Positions 57,186-64,000 of a DNA stretch of 64,000 bases are shown here, piece by piece. Source of the stretch: a virus; IMG/VR virus record IMGVR_UViG_3300033150_001207, positions 20,204-84,203 of that record, one strand, 5' to 3'. Made by a program: the position numbers and the translations under genes. The notes beneath the pieces were generated by a model. The model saw only the letters and a program-made list of their open reading frames with translations. It was not told where the DNA came from and made no database searches. Within the stretch, counting starts at the first letter, position 1, and every line of letters begins with the position of its first letter.

Positions 57186-57806
57186 CTACATGGTTTTTAC
57201 GTTATCTGGCAAAATAAGTTCTTCGATGCTACCAGTAAAATCGGGTGTATAAATATCTATTAATTCAGTTTTTGATTTATCGAGAGCATCCAGCTTTTCT
57301 TTATCAATTATATCGCCATTACACTCAATTGCAAACTTTTTGCGCTCTTCAAACTCTTTCTCAGTACGCTTTACAATATTGTCTCTTTCTATACTCGCCA
57401 GTTTTAACATCACGCTGAGTATTTTCTTAATATTATCAAGCATTTTGACTTCGGGCAAACCGTAATGTATATCACCCTTTTCAGCCTTTTTGCCAAATTC
57501 AATCAATATTGTGAGCAATCCTACTCTGAGCGCCGCACGCTTTAATTCGGATATAGTCTTGAAGAAATGATTAAGCGATTCATACGCTGACTCTAAACAG
57601 GCTATGTAAGAATCGTTTTCCCTGAAATTGACTTTTGTCGATATACGTGAATTACTTCTTACCTTGAGCGTATCGATTGAGCCGAGAATCGTTTTTGAAA
57701 CTGTATTGCGTATAACTAAGAATTTCTCGTTGTCTTTCTTCAATTCAGCGTTCTCTTTTTCAAGCTGTTTGATCCTTGATTTCAATTCTTTTATAACTTT
57801 TTCCAT
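57186..57806 (-). CDS. Helical hypothetical protein
   Basis: 206 aa, AAGGGG RBS, first gene behind the 57833-57861 promoter. Confidence 0.7.
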   Translation of the reverse strand: MEKVIKELKSRIKQLEKENAELKKDNEKFLVIRNTVSKTILGSIDTLKVRSNSRISTKVNFRENDSYIACLESAYESLNHFFKTISELKRAALRVGLLTILIEFGKKAEKGDIHYGLPEVKMLDNIKKILSVMLKLASIERDNIVKRTEKEFEERKKFAIECNGDIIDKEKLDALDKSKTELIDIYTPDFTGSIEELILPDNVKTM

Positions 57807-57832
57807 TCCATACCCCTTTTCGTTTTATAATA

Positions 57833-57861
57833 AATATACCGTGTGAATTCCGCTTTGTCAA
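57833..57861 (-). promoter_or_regulatory. sigma70-type promoter TTGACA-17-TATATT
   Basis: -35 at 57856-57861, -10 at 57833-57838, A-tract upstream; points into the replication/recombination genes. Confidence 0.8.
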
Positions 57862-58048
57862 GCACTTTTTTTAATTAATTACCATTTTTGATTTTAATAT
57901 CGCATCTGATTACATTTTTAACTGTATATACCATTACATCATAATCGTTTGTGTTAATTTGAACTTTTGTTCTTTTACCATTTATAATGTAATCGATTGC
58001 CGTTTCGAGGTCTAATATCATCTGTGTTTTTATGTCTGTATTCATTGT

Positions 58049-58248
58049 TCACCTCCTTGATTTACAACCGTTGTCAGCTATATTCCTATACGTTTCCTCA
58101 AGTATTCTCTCTAAATCGCCTGTGCCGCTTCAGGAACTAATGTCGTTTATATTCTGTCGATGTTCAGTATTTATTCCTTTGATTTGCTGTTACTGTTAAT
58201 TATATTTTTGTATGTTTCCCCAAGCATTTTTCTCAAGTCATTCGTATC
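58049..58248 (-). repeat. Diverged duplicate of the last 26 codons of the 58171..58578 gene (offset 122)
   Basis: GTGDLERILEETYRNIADNGCKSRR* (58049-58126) versus DTNDLRKMLGETYKNIINSNSKSKE* (58171-58248). Confidence 0.75.
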
Positions 58249-58578
58249 ACCAATAGACTTCGCCAATTGGGCTTTAACCACATAAAGAAATTCATCTATG
58301 GAAATTATATCGTTGGTAATGGTAATACCAGCCTTAACAATGCAATCCCTACAAACATCAAACGTCTCACCGTGTTTATCAAATACTATATGCTCAGGTT
58401 TCTTTTTTATCGGTTGTGGCTCATTACCGAGTAAATGAAAAATCTGAAACATATTTGGAATTTCTTTTTCTTGATAATGTGGGCAGAAAATAGCAATCCT
58501 TAAATAATTACCAATAGTAACGGGATTTCCACATATATCGCATCTCTTATAAATAATTTCACTCACTTTGTATATCAC
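58171..58578 (-). CDS. Zinc-finger hypothetical protein
   Basis: CDICG and DVCRDC. Confidence 0.6.
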   Translation of the reverse strand: MIYKVSEIIYKRCDICGNPVTIGNYLRIAIFCPHYQEKEIPNMFQIFHLLGNEPQPIKKKPEHIVFDKHGETFDVCRDCIVKAGITITNDIISIDEFLYVVKAQLAKSIGDTNDLRKMLGETYKNIINSNSKSKE

Positions 58579-59574
58579 CCCAGTTTGTATTATATCGATA
58601 GTTATATTTCACGAGAACCCAACAGTTCCAGTGTGGTATATTCTGGAAGCAGGAGGTCAGTGTTCTTCCGAATGCACGTTGGTTTCATTATGGTTACTGC
58701 CAGGTTCTCGTATTGTCAGCAGATGTTTTGGTCGACTAGTTCATATTCTTCATTTAATTTCTCAATACTCATCCCTGCCCGAATTCCAACATTACTTTCA
58801 AGCCAGAAATGTCTTGTATTCTTATGTAGTTTCCATAAAGTGTTTGTTCTTTTATGTCGAAATATCATATTGGGCTGGAGATTTTGTAGTTGTATATCAG
58901 GCATTAATAAAATCCCCTATGATAGTTCTCGCAGAAAAAGTATTCATTAAATCGATGGTTGCACTCATAATCTCAAGATACTTATAATTCTCACGTATGT
59001 TCCCCCGTGCCAGTGTTTTCGCCAATCCCTGCTCGTCTATTAGTACCAGATTGAATGTTTTGTATGGTTTGTGTATTCCAAGCCTGTCTATTGTTACCTC
59101 GTGATTATATTTATACAGCTTATGGTTGATTTTGTCAAGTAATTTATTGAATTGTTTTTGCTCTTTGCGGTCTTTCTCTGTTATATTTATATTTTTACTC
59201 ACAAGATTATCCCCTACAGTTCATTTTAATGAACCCCTATAAATTTTTACAGCCAGTTTATATTGGCAGCCAAAGCCGCATCTTTTCCATACTTAATAAG
59301 ATTCTAATAATCAATATATTCCCTATCCCAGTGCGCATAGCTCTGCAATTCTTCAGCTGCTTCTCTCAAATCTTCTATTGCGGTATATATTAACTCACGT
59401 AGACTAATATCTGATGTATCGTCATTAATATCGCATTCAAGCTGGTCGATTATTTCGATAATTTCGTCGCCTGGTATCATCATGTCTTCCCTCCGTATAA
59501 TATAAGCACTTTTAAAAAACAATTAAGTTAAAATCAATACTATTCGCATGGATTTCCCCTAATTGGTTATGGTC

Positions 59575-59604
59575 AATTTAATGTATGGCAAAATAACTTG
59601 TCAA
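59575..59604 (-). promoter_or_regulatory. Probable sigma70-type promoter TTGACA-18-TAAATT
   Basis: -35 at 59599-59604 with the same GCTTGACAA context as the 57856 promoter; intergenic. Confidence 0.55.
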
Positions 59605-60504
59605 GCTCTTTTTGCAATTTTTCTAAAAACGTTTAACATTCTCTTGCTTTAATAGCATTATCAACAAATTGCAATAACAAATCCCCAACATCGTATTCTA
59701 CGCAGATATAATCCCCAAAATCATCAAGTATAGATTCGAGCTCTTCCCGCAAAAGCGCAGTATTAGTACCTATGCTTTCCAGTTGTTCTTCAAGCCAGTT
59801 CATATCATACCAGCCAATAGCAATTGTATTGTTCGGCTCGTAATCCTGTAATAGTTTGATAGCATCTTTGACTTTCATTGTGAACCTCATCCATTGTCTT
59901 ATGTTCTTTAGTAACGTTTATTCCTTCCGTGCTTTTCCAAGCGTACCATAAGGTTTAATCCCCCAAGTATATCATAAGCTTTTTTAAAAGCGTTCTCATC
60001 ATCACGATTCCAATGGGCTTTAAAGCCAAGAAACCGTTGGCTAACCCTATGTAATGCTTCAATCAATTCGTCAATAGTATTATACGCTTCTGCTAAATCA
60101 TGCAAATTGGTTGCTATATTCTTCTTAAGTTCGCAATTCAATCGTATTAACCTATCATTTTCCTGTGCGAGTGTCACTTGCAACCTCACTTTCTAATTAG
60201 CTTTTCAATTGCTATTGCAAGCTCATTATAATCATAGTTATCTGTAGTTTCAACATTTTTTATTTCCTGACAAAGCGCTGATATAAACCACAGTATCATA
60301 CCTATGCCAAATTCATCATAGATAACCTTGATAAGCTTGTAACCGAATGTTGCTTTTAATGGATTATTCATTTTCCTATTTCTCCTTTCGTCTGGGCAAG
60401 TATTCTTTTAAATTCTGATACATCTTCGCCAAGATATTCTAATAGCCGTACGGTATCCTCATCCACTTTTGCCTCCTGTTTTGTTCTGATAAATACTTAC
60501 TCAA

Positions 60505-61092
60505 TCAAACAGCTTTTACCTTTGAAATTATATCTGCATTGTTTTTGTATTGGATTGCTTCCGCTATATGCTCTACTTTAACACTTGCTGAGTTATCAAG
60601 ACCTGCTATCGTAGAAGCGACTTTGGTTATTTGAATATAATCCATTACGTCAATATTTAACTTTTCATATGCTTTATTGAGCAATTTTTTAGCATCAGGT
60701 TCAATCTTATATTCACGCTGTTTGTATTCTCTTATACGTGCGGTTACTTCCTTTGCACTTTCGTTTAATCTGGTACTAAAATCTTGAATACATATCCGTT
60801 TGCTTGCGACAACCATATCAGCTTTAAATTCCTTTTTATTTCTGTATTCCATAATGGATATAGGTGTACATATACACTCAACCTGAGGATCTGTAAGATG
60901 TCCGCAAGGACAAGGTTTTATAACTTGCAAAAGTGCGGAATCTCCATCTATATCCGCAAAGGCTTTATAGTATAAATCATTTAATCCGTTACAATCCAGA
61001 ATAGTTATACTATGATTGCCAGCCACAGCAATTTCCATAGCCCTTTTAATAATAGAAATAGAGCCTGGTAATGCTTTGAAATTGTCTGTCAT
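60505..61092 (-). CDS. Miniature ComM/YifB (Mg-chelatase ChlI-like) homologue lacking the ATPase core
   Basis: KRAMEIAVAGNHSI, PCPCGHLTDP..EC.CTP....YR, ESAKEVTARI, KVASTIAGL....V..EHIAEAIQY; no Walker A/B; AAGGAG RBS before ATG 61092. Confidence 0.8.
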   Translation of the reverse strand: MTDNFKALPGSISIIKRAMEIAVAGNHSITILDCNGLNDLYYKAFADIDGDSALLQVIKPCPCGHLTDPQVECICTPISIMEYRNKKEFKADMVVASKRICIQDFSTRLNESAKEVTARIREYKQREYKIEPDAKKLLNKAYEKLNIDVMDYIQITKVASTIAGLDNSASVKVEHIAEAIQYKNNADIISKVKAV

Positions 61093-61364
61093 TCTAATAT
61101 CTCCTTGTATTATTATTGTTAGTTTTGACAACTTTTAAGTGGCAATTCAACATTTCTTGTTATCTACCACCGTTCGACTTCAGGAAATAGTATATATCCC
61201 CTGTCTCTGCACGGCTAAAGGTAATTCCAATAACTTCATCATCACTCTCAGCGATGATATGTAAACAATTCAATTCTACTTTTTTACTATCAATATTACA
61301 CCTAATGGTTTTGACAGTGTGCTTTTTGACATTATTTACACTGATTTTCATAGCCTGTCCCCGT

Positions 61365-61700
61365 TTAATCATTAATACGTCTGGCAGAATTAACTTTTTG
61401 CATCACCCGATTTTTTCCCTCTCTTTCAATAAGCTCAGCAAGTTTTCCTGTTACAATCTCGATTGCCTTTTTTCTTGTAATTATCTCAGAAATATTGTAA
61501 TTATCGAGTATGAGACGCCCAGAATGATACTCGCTTGCTGTCCAGCCAGGCACCTTATAGATTTTTTGTTCGTACACATCATAAGCTTCGTCGTGAAATA
61601 CCACCTTAATACCATGTATTTCAGTCAAATAACCTTCTATCTCTGGGAATATATCACGATTTTGACTTCTCATCGCTATTTTAAACTTTATCTTTTTCAT
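61365..61700 (-). CDS. Hypothetical protein
   Basis: GGAGG RBS; WTASEYHSG motif. Confidence 0.6.
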   Translation of the reverse strand: MKKIKFKIAMRSQNRDIFPEIEGYLTEIHGIKVVFHDEAYDVYEQKIYKVPGWTASEYHSGRLILDNYNISEIITRKKAIEIVTGKLAELIEREGKNRVMQKVNSARRIND

Positions 61701-61987
61701 TTTAACCTCCTGTGTGGTGATTCAAACCTATGTCAGCTAAAGATATATTAGAAGCGATTGTCAGGATCGCCAGCAATTTTACGTGGTCGCATTTCCTGAT
61801 TTCTTCTAGAATATCGCCGTCGAGGGTTTCATCACATGCGTCAAGGAACATAGCCGCAATTTCTGCTTTCTTTTCGATTGTTCCTTTTCCGTCATAATTG
61901 TTTACAACTTCATGCATTTTCATTGCAAATCTCCTGTTTTGTTATATTATTGTTAAGATGGTAACCTCATAAGTATTCCCATGTGTT

Positions 61988-62761
61988 TTAAACATTGCGT
62001 AAATCTTCCTTCCATACAACTCTAGCGTCTTTACCAGTATATAATTTCCATCTGTATCCATTAAACGAAGGAACTAATCCAGATTTCCATAAATCCACTG
62101 CGGACTGAAAAGGATACTCTCCCCTTTTATGCTTGATATATTTCCATTTTTTGATACAAGGGAATAAAGAACCCATATAAGCCCTGGCTGAACTAAAAAC
62201 CCAATCCCAGATCAAAAACCCGTCTGGGATTGGGAATGGACTAACAATTTTTCTCCGAACCAGAGTCCAGATTGAATCACGGATTAAGTTCCAGACGAAC
62301 ATCCCAGCTGTTTCCCAAGTCGAACTCGTAATCGAATCACAAACTGAATCATTTGCTAAATCATAAATTTTACTCCAGTTCTTAAGTAAATTTAACTCAT
62401 AATCGCTTACTTCAGGCGCATCAATATTGAATGGATTAATAGGGTTACAGGCTTCATTATAATTCCATTCAAAAATGTCAGCTGGATTCACTTCTCTTAT
62501 TACCTTTAAAGCTTTGGAACGTGTTTTATACTTATCCCTTGTTATCACATCGATAGTTTTTACCTGAAAGGCCGCTACTGGAAGAGATTTTACGCCAACA
62601 AGACAGTCATTTGGATTGCGTGAACTATGCAAACCTTTTCCGCAATTTCCCTTTTCTGGAGGATCGTAATCCGTCAAACGTATGACCTTACCGATGTTTT
62701 CACGATAATTGATAGTACCGCTGTAAAAGTCATAACCATCGGGGTGTGTAAGTTTATACAT
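61988..62761 (-). CDS. Hypothetical phage protein with CGKGLH domain and eroded 4-aa (SVWD-type) repeats
   Basis: NCGKGLHSS; DSVCDSITSSTWETAG..VWNLIRDSIW; YPFQSAVDLWKSGLVPSF.G..W. Confidence 0.7.
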   Translation of the reverse strand: MYKLTHPDGYDFYSGTINYRENIGKVIRLTDYDPPEKGNCGKGLHSSRNPNDCLVGVKSLPVAAFQVKTIDVITRDKYKTRSKALKVIREVNPADIFEWNYNEACNPINPFNIDAPEVSDYELNLLKNWSKIYDLANDSVCDSITSSTWETAGMFVWNLIRDSIWTLVRRKIVSPFPIPDGFLIWDWVFSSARAYMGSLFPCIKKWKYIKHKRGEYPFQSAVDLWKSGLVPSFNGYRWKLYTGKDARVVWKEDLRNV

Positions 62762-64000
62762 TTTAATAATCCTCTATCTTTATTTGTTTTCGGTTTTTTG
62801 CTTGCAGTATTCTGTCATAATTTCCCAGAACTCTGTTTCTTCTTTGAGATTCAGTTTTCTGTAGGTTGGCTGTAATTCAAGGTCTTCAATACCGCAATTT
62901 ACAGCATCCTTTACTTTTTCATTACTTGCTACGTAAATCATTTCATCACCTCCTGTTGTGTTTATTATTTACTTCTTCTTATACACCTGCTGTTTACCAT
63001 GTCTTACTCTTTTTACTTTAACGAATCCTACGCCTTCTATTTTGATTATATCACCGATCTTAGGAACACGGGGTTTACCATCAGGCACATAATCGTGTTT
63101 TGTTGCGTATTCATTGTTTATCATTGCTTCCACAAGAAGAAACGGTAGGAAATTTTTTAAACTCATTGCTTTTCCTTTCAATTTTAAAATTATTAACGTT
63201 TTTATATTACCCGCTCTACTAATTTAACAGCTTTTTCGCCGTATCTTTCTCTGACAATATCCGCACCCGATTTGTTCTTTTCCATATAGTAAGGGTCAAG
63301 CCATTTGCAGAATTTAACAATGTCAATACCGGTTTCTTCAAGTGGTAGAACTGAGTTTAGAGTTCCTTTAAAATGTTCAATCGGTACACCAAATGTTTTT
63401 CTAAATTCTGACTTATCCCTTTTTGTAATCATTTCAGACCTCCTGTTTGTATTATTTCATTTCAAAGCGCCAATTAACGAATGTAATATTAAAAACGTTC
63501 ATTTTAACTTTGGTTATATTGCGGTTCGTATTCAAAGTTTTCACAATAGTCTGTTGGCTTGACGGTTTTTGCTTTATCAATTTCCCCGATTCTCACACCG
63601 TAAATGCAAATTAATTCTCTCTCTGGTGTAGTTGCATTATTCCTGCGGTATGATGAATAAGCACAAAATCTACAGGTTTTCGACATTATTATTTACCTCC
63701 AATTTTTTACTTCCACGTTCCCAAGTATCAAAGGAAAAGGAACGTAAAATTATTACTTCCCCCGCTAAATGTTTACCGATTATTATTGGACTGCATTTTG
63801 TTAAGTCTTTCCCGCACTGAATTTAAAACAGAAACAAATATTTCCTCAATTTCCTTATACTGTGCTAATGCTAAAGCTCTACATCCATCTGTTTCTCCAG
63901 ATTCTTCAAGTGCTTTGGTAAGGTAACATACACGCTTAGTTCCACTATTTAACCACATTGTTAAATCTGATATGCAACGCTCTGCATCCCAATCAGTATT

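Larger units (their letters stand above)
1..64000. mobile_element. Tailed bacteriophage genome segment (podovirus-like); both ends lie outside the window
   Basis: terL-portal-scaffold-capsid-adaptor-nozzle-ejection-lysis order; no tape measure or sheath; convergent early/replication arm; no host genes. Confidence 0.95.

Noticed and set aside
58600-58904. TGA readthrough or selenocysteine extending the 58716..58904 ORF
   Set aside because: The frame stays open for under 40 codons after TGA, but no SECIS-like hairpin or motif supports it.
60505-61131. Host comM remnant marking a prophage integration site
   Set aside because: Both N- and C-proximal motifs are in one ORF with internal deletions, and phage-type genes continue on both sides.
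1-64000. Alternative genetic code (stop-codon reassignment)
   Set aside because: Long genes are intact in the standard code and end in TAA, TAG and TGA at sensible junctions.

Overview
The whole window is part of a tailed dsDNA bacteriophage genome (AT-rich; podovirus-like gene set; no host housekeeping genes or integrase seen). The + strand arm (1-42.5 kb) carries terminase (5'-truncated), portal, a four-gene sugar-modification cassette, scaffold, and a major capsid gene split by a group I intron (10735-11661) encoding a LAGLIDADG endonuclease. It continues with three paralogous head-tail adaptor/ring proteins, a nozzle, fibre-like proteins, four ejection/cargo proteins including a 2327-aa polyvalent protein, signal-peptide-bearing fibre-like proteins, lysis genes and a metallophosphoesterase. 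The converging - strand arm (42.6-64 kb) carries a DinG-like helicase, nucleotide hydrolases, ERCC4, SSB-like, AAA_24 and Cas4-like recombination genes, an HNH endonuclease, a shrunken ComM/YifB homologue and many small ORFs. Signals not in the ORF track: (i) two homologous, covarying ~80-nt structured RNA genes 30 kb apart in opposite orientation, each with its own sigma70-type promoter (8245-8361 minus; 38022-38131 plus); (ii) a 74-nt RNA resembling the tRNA-like domain of tmRNA with no mRNA part (40275-40348); (iii) several other structured intergenic elements; (iv) recurrent diverged duplicates of gene ends and starts. All family calls come from motif recognition by eye; no database search or folding program was run.
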